A stretch of 42,369 nucleotides of DNA from a virus (lineage: Duplodnaviria > Heunggongvirae > Uroviricota > Caudoviricetes). Under the pieces are notes generated by a model, which was given only the letters and a program-made list of their open reading frames with translations, did no database searches and was not told the origin of the DNA. Made by a program: the position numbers and the translations under genes. Numbering within the stretch: position 1 is the first letter of the stretch; every line of letters starts with the position of its first letter. The DNA lies in IMG/VR virus record IMGVR_UViG_3300036828_000686, positions 66,333 through 108,701 of that record; one strand, written 5' to 3'. Positions 8,765 through 17,964 of the stretch are shown one piece after another.

Positions 8765-9199
8765 TTAGGCCCCCAGTCCGGCGACGATGACGTTGGCGGA
8801 GCCCGGCATCGCCGTGATGGTGATGGGGCGGCATACCGTGCAGCCGCGGACACCCTTGGCGCAGTGGCCGCCGGGGCAGTCCTCGCCGGCGTCGGTGACC
8901 ACCACGCAGGACGGGCCTGTGGGGCACGGGGCACCCGGATGGTTGTTCCCGAGCCCCGGGCAGGCCATCGCCGCGGCGTCGTGGCCGTGGAACACGACGG
9001 TCCCGACCTGCACGTCCGGCGTCTGTGAGTGGTCGTCGGCGCAGCAGGCGGAGCCTGGCGGGCACACCACCCGGCCCTGGATGTCTTCCATCGGGCATTC
9101 CTGCTGATGCCAGCCGGTTGTGTCAGTCACGCCGGGCGGGCACGTGCAGTCCACGAACGCGACCGCCATGCAATCCCCGCACTGAGCCATGTAAGGCAT
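8765..9199 (-). CDS. Cys/His-rich hypothetical protein
   Basis: 15 Cys and 6 His in 144 aa; RBS GGGAG upstream. Confidence 0.6.
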   Translation of the reverse strand: MPYMAQCGDCMAVAFVDCTCPPGVTDTTGWHQQECPMEDIQGRVVCPPGSACCADDHSQTPDVQVGTVVFHGHDAAAMACPGLGNNHPGAPCPTGPSCVVVTDAGEDCPGGHCAKGVRGCTVCRPITITAMPGSANVIVAGLGA

Positions 9200-9300
9200 C
9201 AGTTCTCCCTTGCCGCTCGGGCTGGCAGTAGCCAGTCCAGACGCGGCCAGGACGGGGGTCTCTGGAGGGACTCCCCGCAGGTAATGCTAGCGGATCACTG

Positions 9301-9609
9301 CTACTTCCGGACGATAGGCGCGGGGCGTCCCTTGCCCGCGCCGGGACGGCCGGACGTGACCCTGGTCTCCGGTACGACGGCCTCGCGGGTCTCGTCCCGG
9401 GTCTCCGCCCGGGACTCCGGCGCGTCCCCGGTCTCGGTCCGCTTCTCCGCGTAGACGGCGAGCGGGACGTTGGAGCTGCCCCCGGTGAGGGTGAGGAGAC
9501 GGGCTTCCGCTTCATCGACCTCAAACTCGACGCCTGCGGGCGGCCACGCCCGGCCGTCCCCGCGGGGACCACTGATGTCCTGCTTCATGATGACCCGGAC
9601 CATGCTCAC
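9301..9609 (-). CDS. Small phage protein of the type usually encoded just after the major capsid
   Basis: VRVIMKQDISGPRGDGRAWPPAGVEFEVDEAEARLL followed by low-complexity tail; GTG overlaps the upstream TGA. Confidence 0.6.
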   Translation of the reverse strand: MSMVRVIMKQDISGPRGDGRAWPPAGVEFEVDEAEARLLTLTGGSSNVPLAVYAEKRTETGDAPESRAETRDETREAVVPETRVTSGRPGAGKGRPAPIVRK

Positions 9610-10622
9610 GTCAGAACCTCCTGGTAGGCAGCGGCCCATTTGTGCCAGTTGCCCTCGATGGTGTGCTGCGCAGCCAGTTCGCGGGCTTTCTTGCCCATGC
9701 TCTCACGCAGGGCGTCGTCAGCCACTAGCTCGCGGATGTAATCCCGCCAGTCCTTGTCGCGTTTCGCCAGGAACCCGGTGACGCCGTGCTGGACAAACTC
9801 GGGGTAGGGCCCGAAGTTCGAGGCGATCACCGGGATGCCCATCGCCGCGTACTCCAGGGCCTTCAGGAACGACTTGGACTCGTTGAACACGCTGGACGTG
9901 ATGGGTGCCAGGCCGATGTCGAAATCCAGGTTCTTGTAGTAGTTCCGCGGGTCAGGTTCCCAGCGGGTGAGCCGGGCGTGGGTGTGGCCGAATGTGGGCC
10001 GGAAATCGGTGCCGACAATGTGCAGCCGCAGCGACGGGTCGGTGTTCATGCACCGCCGCACCGCGCGGGCGATCATGGCCGTGTCCAGGGTGTGGCTCGC
10101 ACCGCCGGTCCAGCCGATGGTGACGTGCTCGGGCCGGTGCCGCTCCAGCCCGAGCACGAACTCAGGGACGTAATTGCCGATGACTTTCACGTTCGGGTGC
10201 CCGGTCTGGCGGCGGATCACCTCAGCCAGCGGCTCCCTGGTTACTGTCACCAGGTCCGAGGCGTTGATGGCGGTTTCCACCGCGTCGAGGGTGTGGAAGC
10301 GGCTGTAGACCTGGTAGGCGGCGTTGTTGGTCTGGTCCACGCTCCACAGGTCATCGTCCAGCTCGTAGGCCAGCTTGTGGTACTGGCGCATCCGCCGCCA
10401 CGCACCCAGCACGGCCGGCCGGTCGAAACGCTGCCCCACCACCAGCCGGTAGTCGCCAAGGTCAGGCGGCGGGTCGAACGCCTTCCAGCCGGCCTTCCAG
10501 CCGTTGGCCTTCAGCTGCTCCAGGGGCAGGACCATCCGGTAAAACCCGCAGCCGGTGGGCTGGTGGTCCGTCTCGGACTGGGCGTCGTGGATGCCCCACA
10601 CGCTGCTGGTGAAGGCCATCAT
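9606..10622 (-). CDS. GT-B (GT4-like) glycosyltransferase
   Basis: GCGFYRM, YELDDDLW, IGWTGGASH, FDIGLAPI...FNESKS.LKALEYAAMGIPVIAS. Confidence 0.85.
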   Translation of the reverse strand: MMAFTSSVWGIHDAQSETDHQPTGCGFYRMVLPLEQLKANGWKAGWKAFDPPPDLGDYRLVVGQRFDRPAVLGAWRRMRQYHKLAYELDDDLWSVDQTNNAAYQVYSRFHTLDAVETAINASDLVTVTREPLAEVIRRQTGHPNVKVIGNYVPEFVLGLERHRPEHVTIGWTGGASHTLDTAMIARAVRRCMNTDPSLRLHIVGTDFRPTFGHTHARLTRWEPDPRNYYKNLDFDIGLAPITSSVFNESKSFLKALEYAAMGIPVIASNFGPYPEFVQHGVTGFLAKRDKDWRDYIRELVADDALRESMGKKARELAAQHTIEGNWHKWAAAYQEVLT

Positions 10623-11347
10623 GATCCTCCGCGGTAAGCGCTGGGCCAGACGTCCACGGTGGTCTGCGGCACGAACACGTACTCCACCCCGTGGGCCAGC
10701 CACTTCTCCACCAGTTTCCAGTCTTCCATCGAATCGGGGGGACCCCAGGTGGCCAGGTCCAGCAGGCCCCGGCGGTGGATCATCATGGGTGTCCCGATCC
10801 CGCATGGGGTCAGCGCCTCAGTGCCGATCACTGTCACGTTCCCGGTGGCCGCCCCGTAGCTGGCCATCCGGGAGTAGGCCAGCCCGGCCTTCGGGTTGGT
10901 CATCAGGGCACTCACGAGCACCTGCACGTGTTCGGGGCGCAGGGCGTCATCGTCGTCGATGTAGGCGATCAGCTCACCGCGGGCCAGCTCAATGCCATGC
11001 AGCCGGGCGCGCGATCCCCATTCCCCCGTGTGGTCGGGAAGCTGGGCGAACGTCACCGGATGGTTGTGCTCCTTCAGGACCGGGCCGGTCACAGGGAAGC
11101 TCTCAGGAGGCACGGCGCTCAGGTAGACCTGGTTCATGTAGTCGGTCATCAGCAGCTGCGCCAGGGCCGGGTCAGGCCCGTCGCAGACGATGATGTGCTC
11201 GATGTGGCGGTAGGTCTGGGCCTGCACTGAGGGCATGCAGCGGCTGATCAGCCAGTCGTGACGGTGCCAGGTGGGGGTGATGACGCTGACCAGCGGCAGC
11301 GGGTGCGGCGGCTTGGCGGCCTCGACGTGCTCCTGGATGTTCACCAT
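10619..11347 (-). CDS. GT2 glycosyltransferase
   Basis: VSVITPTW, IIVCDG, GELIAYIDDDD (DxD). Confidence 0.85.
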   Translation of the reverse strand: MVNIQEHVEAAKPPHPLPLVSVITPTWHRHDWLISRCMPSVQAQTYRHIEHIIVCDGPDPALAQLLMTDYMNQVYLSAVPPESFPVTGPVLKEHNHPVTFAQLPDHTGEWGSRARLHGIELARGELIAYIDDDDALRPEHVQVLVSALMTNPKAGLAYSRMASYGAATGNVTVIGTEALTPCGIGTPMMIHRRGLLDLATWGPPDSMEDWKLVEKWLAHGVEYVFVPQTTVDVWPSAYRGGS

Positions 11348-11988
11348 GGGCCCATCATCCAGGCTGGCTCGTTCTTGCTGATGGCTTCCTCTGACGCGGG
11401 GCTGGGGTAGACGTCCACGGTCACCTGGGGCACTTCACCGAACTTCACGCCCGCGTTCAGCCAGGCCCCGATCAGCGCCCAGTCTTCGCCGGGGCCGTCC
11501 TGCCAGCCGGCGATGTCCAGCAGCTCGCGGCGGTGCATGATCATGGGTGTCCCGATCATCACCCCGGGCGGCCCGGGGTAGCGCAGCTCGCGCCCGTCCG
11601 CCATGTGGCAGAGCATCCAGGAGTAGGCAGCGCCGAGGTGCGGGTTGCGGTCCAGCACCGCTGCCAGCTGCAGGACGTGATCGTCGCGGTAGGTGTCGTC
11701 GTCGTCGAGATAGGCCAGGTACTCACCTGTGGCCAGCTCCGTGGCGTGGCGGCGCGGCAGGCCGCCCCAGCAGCCGCGGTGCACGGCCGTACTGCCGTAT
11801 CTCAGTGGCACGGGGAGGCCGCCCAGGTGCTCCCCGATCAGTGACTGGAGATATGGGTCCGGGCCATCGCTGACGATCACGTGCTCCAGCGGGCGGTAAC
11901 CCTGCTGCTGCACCGAGGGGATGCAGCGCCCGAGCAGCAGATCGTGGCGCATATAGGTCGGGGTGATCACCGACACGAGCGGGTTCAC
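11341..11988 (-). CDS. GT2 glycosyltransferase, paralog of neighbour
   Basis: VSVITPTY, VIVSDG, GEYLAYLDDDD, IGTPMIMHRR shared with 10619..11347. Confidence 0.85.
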   Translation of the reverse strand: MNPLVSVITPTYMRHDLLLGRCIPSVQQQGYRPLEHVIVSDGPDPYLQSLIGEHLGGLPVPLRYGSTAVHRGCWGGLPRRHATELATGEYLAYLDDDDTYRDDHVLQLAAVLDRNPHLGAAYSWMLCHMADGRELRYPGPPGVMIGTPMIMHRRELLDIAGWQDGPGEDWALIGAWLNAGVKFGEVPQVTVDVYPSPASEEAISKNEPAWMMGPW

Positions 11989-12860
11989 GGGCCCGCTGCC
12001 AGTGCGCGGCGGATACCTTCATGCAGGCTGACCTGCGGCACGCAGATCTCCAGCATCCGGGCCGGGTCACAGACGCGCCAGGACACCCCGGACGGGGCGT
12101 CACGCTGAAGCCGGAACTGCGGGTGATAGCCGGCCTCGACGGCAAACCTGCCGGCCAGCTCGATCATGGACACAGGCTCACCATGGCCGATGTTCACGGG
12201 GCCGTCAATGCCGCCTTTCACCATGGCCATGACGACAGCCACGATGTCATCTGCGTGCACGAAGTCGCGTACCTGCTGGCCGTTACCCCAGATGGCGAAC
12301 GGGTCCTCCCGGTTGCGGGCGCGTTCCGCGAACGCCCGGAAGGGGTAGTCGGCATCCTGGTCCTCGCCGTACCCGGAGAACGGGCGGACCACCGACACCT
12401 TCACGCCCTCACTGCGGGCCAGGGCGGCGAGGCGCTCGCCGGTCAGCTTCATCCAGCCGTAGAGGGCGTCCGGCTGGGCCGGTGCGCCCAGGTCTATGTG
12501 GCTTTCCTTCAGGCGGCGGTGCCTGGAGACCCCCTGCATGGCCACCGGGTAGGCCGCCGAGGAGGAGAAGTAGATCACCCTGCCTGGCCGGGCATGCCGC
12601 GCCCAGCCGAACAGGGCCGCGTCCAGTTCCAGGTTGACGGCCTGGCTGAGGGGGGACCACTCGATCCTGCTGCGCCCGCCCACCACGGCCGCGGCGTGGA
12701 TCACCAGGTCGTAGTGCGGGCCACCGCGGGCGCGGAAAACGTCGCGCGCATCGGCCTGGTCCGCGATGTCCGCGCCGTAGACTTCCCAGCCCCCCTCCAG
12801 GAGATGCCGTTCGAAGTGGCGGCCGATGAAACCCTCGTTGCCTGTGATCAGTGCCTTCAC
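11985..12860 (-). CDS. NAD-dependent epimerase/dehydratase
   Basis: ITGNEGFIG, YFSSSAAYP, YGWMK (YxxxK), RPFSGYG, RDFVH; GTG 12860 overlaps the upstream TGA. Confidence 0.85.
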   Translation of the reverse strand: MKALITGNEGFIGRHFERHLLEGGWEVYGADIADQADARDVFRARGGPHYDLVIHAAAVVGGRSRIEWSPLSQAVNLELDAALFGWARHARPGRVIYFSSSAAYPVAMQGVSRHRRLKESHIDLGAPAQPDALYGWMKLTGERLAALARSEGVKVSVVRPFSGYGEDQDADYPFRAFAERARNREDPFAIWGNGQQVRDFVHADDIVAVVMAMVKGGIDGPVNIGHGEPVSMIELAGRFAVEAGYHPQFRLQRDAPSGVSWRVCDPARMLEICVPQVSLHEGIRRALAAGP

Positions 12861-13393
12861 CGGCACCCCCAGAGCTGGTATTTCGCCCACGGGGTCAGCA
12901 CGTCGCGCTGCAGCTCCGGCACCCACCCGGCACCTTCCAGCATTTCCCGGACCCCATCGGTGTCCCAGCCCCAGTAGTGCTCCGGGTTGACGGGCGTGAA
13001 CTCGGCCAGCGGGGTGGACAGCACCAGCGAGTCCGCCTTCTCCCGGATCTGGGCCAGGACAGCGTCGGGGTCATCCAGGTGCTCGACAGTCTCCGAGCAG
13101 ATGAACATGCCGACATGGCTGAGCGCCGGGGCGGTCACCTCAATCGGGCCGGTGATCGGGTAGCCCGGCGCGAAGTCACCAAGGATCAGCGAGGCGGGTG
13201 CCAGGGCGCGGCCGATCGCGGCATCCCCGCAGGACAGGTCAGCCACCACGTCCGGCACCCCCATGTCGCGGGCCAGCGCGATGGTCGCATCCACCCTGAT
13301 GATGTGATCCGGCCAGCGGGTGTGGTCGTGCGGTTTCGGGTACAGCTCCGCCAGGTATTCCGGTGAGTAGGCGGGGCGCAGCCGGACCCTCAT
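12857..13393 (-). CDS. Class I SAM-dependent methyltransferase-like protein
   Basis: VADLSCGDAAIG, CSETVEHLDDP; ATG 13393 overlaps the upstream TGA. Confidence 0.65.
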   Translation of the reverse strand: MRVRLRPAYSPEYLAELYPKPHDHTRWPDHIIRVDATIALARDMGVPDVVADLSCGDAAIGRALAPASLILGDFAPGYPITGPIEVTAPALSHVGMFICSETVEHLDDPDAVLAQIREKADSLVLSTPLAEFTPVNPEHYWGWDTDGVREMLEGAGWVPELQRDVLTPWAKYQLWGCR

Positions 13394-13974
13394 CGCGACA
13401 GCACCAGCTGGTACCCCAGCACGGTCTCGCGGGTGACTATCTCCCAGCCGGCCCCGGTGATCATCGCGCCGTACCCGGCCTCGTCCCAGGCCCACGCATG
13501 CTCCTCGACGTGCACGGCGTCGGTCTCGGTGAACGGGCTGGACATCATCAGCCAGGTGCAGCGGCCCCGCAGCCAGCGGAGCACCCCGTGAGGATCGGAG
13601 AGGTGTTCTGTCACCTCGGTCATGACCACCACATCGCCGCACCGGACCTGGTCCCGGTCCGCGCCGAAAACGTCCAGGCTGGTGATCTTCACCCCGCGGT
13701 CCTCCGCGCCGGCCAGGTTGGCGGGGCAGAAGTCATACCCCCAGACGCTGGCGAAAGACCCCTGGACCAGTGACAGCAGGCCGCCGTCGCCGCAGCCCAG
13801 GTCCGACAGGGTGAGGGTGGCGGCGCCCGGGAGGCCGGTGAGGATCTTCGCGGTGGCCCGCAGCCGCGGCTCGTGATCTTCCTGTTCCAGGTGGGGGGCG
13901 CGCTCGCGGGGGGCATGGAACTCTGCCGTGGAAACGTACGCCACGTCGCCCTCGAATAGCCGGTACTCAGTCAT
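13390..13974 (-). CDS. Class I SAM-dependent methyltransferase
   Basis: LSDLGCGDGGLL, GYD, TEVTEHLSDP. Confidence 0.8.
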   Translation of the reverse strand: MTEYRLFEGDVAYVSTAEFHAPRERAPHLEQEDHEPRLRATAKILTGLPGAATLTLSDLGCGDGGLLSLVQGSFASVWGYDFCPANLAGAEDRGVKITSLDVFGADRDQVRCGDVVVMTEVTEHLSDPHGVLRWLRGRCTWLMMSSPFTETDAVHVEEHAWAWDEAGYGAMITGAGWEIVTRETVLGYQLVLSR

Positions 13975-13976
13975 GG

Positions 13977-14747
13977 TTACCGCCTGCCCAGTTCTGCCAG
14001 CCGCCGGGTGAACGACGGGTACCAGTCAATTTCATCCCAGCCGGGCCGGCGCTGCACGTTGTACTGCTGGCCGGAAAACAGCTGGTTGACGTGCAGGCCC
14101 CACTTCTGCTCCCAGCGCTCGAAGCACTCCGCGTCAGCGTAGGGCACATTGAAGGCGTTGCGCGTGTCGATAACCTCACCTTCTTTCGCGGCGCCCCGCC
14201 AGTGCGCAGCCAGGCCAACGTCGTTGTGCCGCATCTGCCAGACATGCTCATCGTGGACCGACAGCCTGTCCGGGTATGCCTGCATGGCGCGCAGGAGATA
14301 GTCGGACTCGGGGCCGCCGATCGCCCGGAACCGCTCATCAAACCAGCCTGCCGCATTGAACCCGGCGAGGGACTGCAGCTGGATCGTGTCGCCCACGGGC
14401 GCGATGTAGGTGTCGTAGCGATCGGTGATCAGCTCATCCCAGCCGGGGGTGATCAGCACGTCGTCCTGGGACATGAGGCACCAGTCGCGGGTCTCGAAGG
14501 TGTGCCGCATGCACTGGTTCCAGCACCAGGCAATACTCCCGGTTTCCCACGAGGACCGGAACATGTTCGGCCAGAACTTCACCTGCGGGTAGTCGCGCCC
14601 GATCGGCCAGTAATCGTAGGCGGGGTCGTTGGTGATGACGTTCACCTCGGTGAACGGGAAGGAGGCGAGCCAGTCAGTGACCGTCCGGTGCAGGGTCTCG
14701 CCGCGGCGGAAAGCCACGATCCACAGGGAGACCTCTTCTGGTTTCAC
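13977..14747 (-). CDS. GT-A (GT2-like) glycosyltransferase
   Basis: IVAFRR, WNQ, MSQDDV (xDD), WFDERF..GG.E.DY; GTG 14747 overlaps the upstream TGA. Confidence 0.6.
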   Translation of the reverse strand: MKPEEVSLWIVAFRRGETLHRTVTDWLASFPFTEVNVITNDPAYDYWPIGRDYPQVKFWPNMFRSSWETGSIAWCWNQCMRHTFETRDWCLMSQDDVLITPGWDELITDRYDTYIAPVGDTIQLQSLAGFNAAGWFDERFRAIGGPESDYLLRAMQAYPDRLSVHDEHVWQMRHNDVGLAAHWRGAAKEGEVIDTRNAFNVPYADAECFERWEQKWGLHVNQLFSGQQYNVQRRPGWDEIDWYPSFTRRLAELGRR

Positions 14748-16243
14748 GGCTGCTCCAGCATGGCGGTGCCGCGTGCCACCAGCACCTCGTCGAGAGGCGG
14801 TGCGTGCAGCGGGGCGCAGTTCAGCAGGGACAGGGCCGCGAGCACCATGATGTCGTGCCGTATTTCCCCGCCGAGCCACCTGGCCAGCGCCTCAAGGTGA
14901 CCCTGGCCGGCGGGCCAGGGCCGGAAGTCACCACGCCGCGCCTTGCCCCAGTGGACGATCATCCCCGCGGCCAGTTTCGCGATGTCGTACCGCCAGTCAC
15001 CCCACGCGGTCTGGCCGGCGAAGTCCTCCCGCCAGTCAATGCCGGTGAACCCGTCCGGGCTGACGATGATGTTCCCGAGATTGAAGTCACCGTGGAAGGT
15101 GACCGGCTGGCAGCCGCTGGCCAGCTCAGCCCAGTCCACCCTGGCCACCGCCTGCTGGGCTGTCTCCTGCAGCCCGGGACCCAGCATCTCCACCCGGGCC
15201 AGCGTCTTCACCCGGTAAAACTGGTCGCAGGCTTCCGTGGCGCCGGCCGCTTCCACCGGGCGCCACAGCTTCGCGGATGCCCAGTCCATGAGCCGCGGCA
15301 CAAGCCCCGGGTCATCTTCTGCGGCGTCGTAGGCGGAGGTGCCGGGAACGTAGTCGTAGGCGAGCATGTTCGGGCGCGACCCGGCCAGTGCCGGCACTGC
15401 CGCCGCGATGGTTTCCTGCCGCTGCACCCGGCGCTGCAGTGACTGCTGGTCGGCACGGAACTTGACCACGCGCCCATGCTCGGGCAGCACGTAGGTGACT
15501 TCCCCGGGCTTTGTCCAGTCGTACCCGGACCGGGCAGCGACGGCCCGCTGGTAGGCGGCCTCGTCGCCCAGGTCGGTCCAGCTGATCCGCCGGACCGCGA
15601 GCCGCCCTTCCCGGGCCAGCGCGTCCAGGCCGCCGGTAACCTGCCTTTCCTGGCCGAGGAGCACGCCATCCGCGATGCCCTTCCAGAAGGCTGGCAGGTC
15701 CGCGGCGGTCACCATGGCCAGCCCCACGTAGGCGTCTCCCGGCGCGTAGGCGTCTCCCTGGGCGGCGTGCGGCAGCTTGTCGCAGATGACCAGCGCCTGG
15801 CCCTTCCCGGAGATGATCCGGCACCAGCGTTCCGGGGGGGTCCCCGCCGGGACCGGGGCCACGCCGGCCCACGATTCCCCGGCTTCCCACAGCCGGGGAT
15901 CGGCCGCCCACAGCGTGTCGCAGGACGTGAAGATCAGGTCGTCGTCGCCTACTGCCTCCCGTGCAGCGAGCAGCGACGCGCCAGGGCCGCCCCCCACGAG
16001 ATCCCAGGCGGGCACGTAGACGACGGTGATGCCGCGCCCCGGGTGCGCCAGCTCCGTGTAGTCACTCACCTGATCGGCGCGCCACCCGGTGCAGATGATC
16101 ACCCGGGCACCGGGAGGAGCGAGGCCGATCTGGTGGGAGATAACCGCCCGGCCGTCCAGCGGCACCAGGGCCTTGTGCAGCGACCTGCCTGTCCGGCCCA
16201 TCCTGGTACCGGGCCCGGCGGCGAGGATCACGAACGCGGTCAT
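14744..16243 (-). CDS. Nucleotidyltransferase fused to choline/aminoglycoside-kinase-like phosphotransferase
   Basis: N-term ILAAGPGTRM...HKALVP; C-term HGDFNLGNII...GIDWR...YDIAKL. Confidence 0.8.
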   Translation of the reverse strand: MTAFVILAAGPGTRMGRTGRSLHKALVPLDGRAVISHQIGLAPPGARVIICTGWRADQVSDYTELAHPGRGITVVYVPAWDLVGGGPGASLLAAREAVGDDDLIFTSCDTLWAADPRLWEAGESWAGVAPVPAGTPPERWCRIISGKGQALVICDKLPHAAQGDAYAPGDAYVGLAMVTAADLPAFWKGIADGVLLGQERQVTGGLDALAREGRLAVRRISWTDLGDEAAYQRAVAARSGYDWTKPGEVTYVLPEHGRVVKFRADQQSLQRRVQRQETIAAAVPALAGSRPNMLAYDYVPGTSAYDAAEDDPGLVPRLMDWASAKLWRPVEAAGATEACDQFYRVKTLARVEMLGPGLQETAQQAVARVDWAELASGCQPVTFHGDFNLGNIIVSPDGFTGIDWREDFAGQTAWGDWRYDIAKLAAGMIVHWGKARRGDFRPWPAGQGHLEALARWLGGEIRHDIMVLAALSLLNCAPLHAPPLDEVLVARGTAMLEQP

Positions 16244-16611
16244 GGCTCGCGATCGTAGTCGTCAGCTATCCGTATCGTGTCGGTGCCGTCGTCGTAGGTG
16301 GACACTTCCAGGTAGGACAGCGGGCCGGTGACCCGGTGGATGACGCCGGGCGTGATCCGCACCACGCACCCATCGCCGCTGTGGATGCGGTGGCCGGCCT
16401 CGATGCAGCCGGTGCCGCCCAGCACGACTATCAGCTCATCCTTGTGGTCGTGGCGCTGCAGCGACGTCCGGTGCCCCCGCTCCACTACCAGGTACTTCAC
16501 CGTGAGGCCGTGAGCACGCGATCCGAGGGAGCGCATGGTTCCCCACGGGCGGCGCTCATCCTGGCAGGAGTCCGCGAGGATGCCCAGCAGGTCATCCGCA
16601 GGTGATGGCAT
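16240..16611 (-). CDS. Cupin, mannose-6-phosphate isomerase type II C-terminal-like
   Basis: RPWG...KYLVVERGHRTSLQRHDHKDE...G....I..G..HR...LEVST...RI.DDY.R. Confidence 0.75.
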   Translation of the reverse strand: MPSPADDLLGILADSCQDERRPWGTMRSLGSRAHGLTVKYLVVERGHRTSLQRHDHKDELIVVLGGTGCIEAGHRIHSGDGCVVRITPGVIHRVTGPLSYLEVSTYDDGTDTIRIADDYDREP

Positions 16612-17473
16612 CCGCAATGGTCCTCCTGACGTGCCCGTCGTCGTACAGGGCCAGGACGCGGGCGACCGGGGGAGTTTCAAGGTGATACCGCAGCGCGGCG
16701 CGGGCCCGCTCGAAGAAAGTGCCCTCGCCGTACGCGAACCACCGGCGCCACGCCCCGGTCCTGTAAGCAAACCCCAGCATTTCCTGGCCAGCGTCATACG
16801 GCAGGACCTGCAGCCAGGCGTCGATCTCGACATTACCGAACTCGGGGGCAACGTTATACAGGCCATTCAGGCGGTAAGAATGACGCCTGCCGAGCCAGTC
16901 CAGGTTGTGCGCTTTCACCACGACCTGCTCGCAGGCGTAAACTCTGTCGATCGCGGCAGCAGCGGCCTCGCTGATCAGGGCACCGCATTGCCGGTCTGCG
17001 TGAATGTTGCCGCCGAGGGCGGCAACGGCGGCGTAAGGCTGGCATTCCTTCAGTGCAATCTCCAGCAGGCTGTAGAGCCATCCCTGGGTGTCCCGCTCGC
17101 CGCCGACCTCAATGGCGGCCTTGCCCGCATAACGCTGGCAGAGCCGGGCCAGCTCCGCCGGCTGCTTATCCTGCGGGAGGCCGCTCACGTCCAGGTGCAG
17201 GCCGCCGAACCCGGCAGCCACGTCAGCGTCGAGGGCCGCCGTCCAGTCGTCGCCGCTGTCCCCGTTCTGGTAGGGGCCGCCGTGGTCGCGTACCACCGTG
17301 GTCGCGCCGCCACTGAGTTCGCGCACTGCCCTGGCCAGCGACTCACTGGTGTAGCCGGTGTAGCCGGGCCTGACCTCACCGACCTGCCGGCGGGACGCGA
17401 CGATCTGGTGCACGCGCAGCTTCGCTGCTTCTTCCACGACGCGCCGTGATGCTGCGCCGGCGCACAGCCTCAC
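16592..17473 (-). CDS. GatZ/KbaZ-like (tagatose-phosphate epimerase-type) TIM-barrel protein
   Basis: ASRRQV, RDHGGPYQ, GF..LHLD, IEVGGE, KAHN.D, NVAPEFG; GTG 17473 overlaps the HAD stop. Confidence 0.6.
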   Translation of the reverse strand: MRLCAGAASRRVVEEAAKLRVHQIVASRRQVGEVRPGYTGYTSESLARAVRELSGGATTVVRDHGGPYQNGDSGDDWTAALDADVAAGFGGLHLDVSGLPQDKQPAELARLCQRYAGKAAIEVGGERDTQGWLYSLLEIALKECQPYAAVAALGGNIHADRQCGALISEAAAAAIDRVYACEQVVVKAHNLDWLGRRHSYRLNGLYNVAPEFGNVEIDAWLQVLPYDAGQEMLGFAYRTGAWRRWFAYGEGTFFERARAALRYHLETPPVARVLALYDDGHVRRTIADAITCG

Positions 17474-17964
17474 CGGGTGACCTGCCTGTGCAGCACGCCG
17501 GCGTCCTGGCCGGTGTAATGCACGAACCGCCACTTCGCCGGGATCGCCACGTAGTCCTGGTCATCCACATACACCCCGGCGCCGTGGCTGGCCAGCCATT
17601 CGCTCTTTGCCTGGGGGGTGACACCCGCGCAGCTGACCGTGAACGGCCACGAATGGCCGTGCTCAGACAGGTACCGGACTGCCTCCTCTGGTGCGCCGGT
17701 CAGCAACGCCAGCGTGTTCCCCTGGCAGGAGAGGTACTGCGCGGCGGTGTAGGCCGGCAGCCACCTGACCGGGCCGGCGGCGAGCAGCCGCAGGTACGCC
17801 GCGTTCTTGCGGGCATGCACCCGCTCGCGGTCCCCGGGGGCGATCCAGTCATGATGGCCGAGGCTCAGGAAATCCGCCGGCGCCCTGACGCCGGCTTCAC
17901 GGTAAGCACGCCTGATCATGTTCTCCGAGTCGATCAGGCAGCCGTCCAGGTCGAACACGATCAC
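17470..17964 (-). CDS. HAD-superfamily phosphatase
   Basis: Motif I FDLDGCLIDS, motif II LLTG, K, motif IV VYVDD. Confidence 0.8.
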   Translation of the reverse strand: MIVFDLDGCLIDSENMIRRAYREAGVRAPADFLSLGHHDWIAPGDRERVHARKNAAYLRLLAAGPVRWLPAYTAAQYLSCQGNTLALLTGAPEEAVRYLSEHGHSWPFTVSCAGVTPQAKSEWLASHGAGVYVDDQDYVAIPAKWRFVHYTGQDAGVLHRQVTR

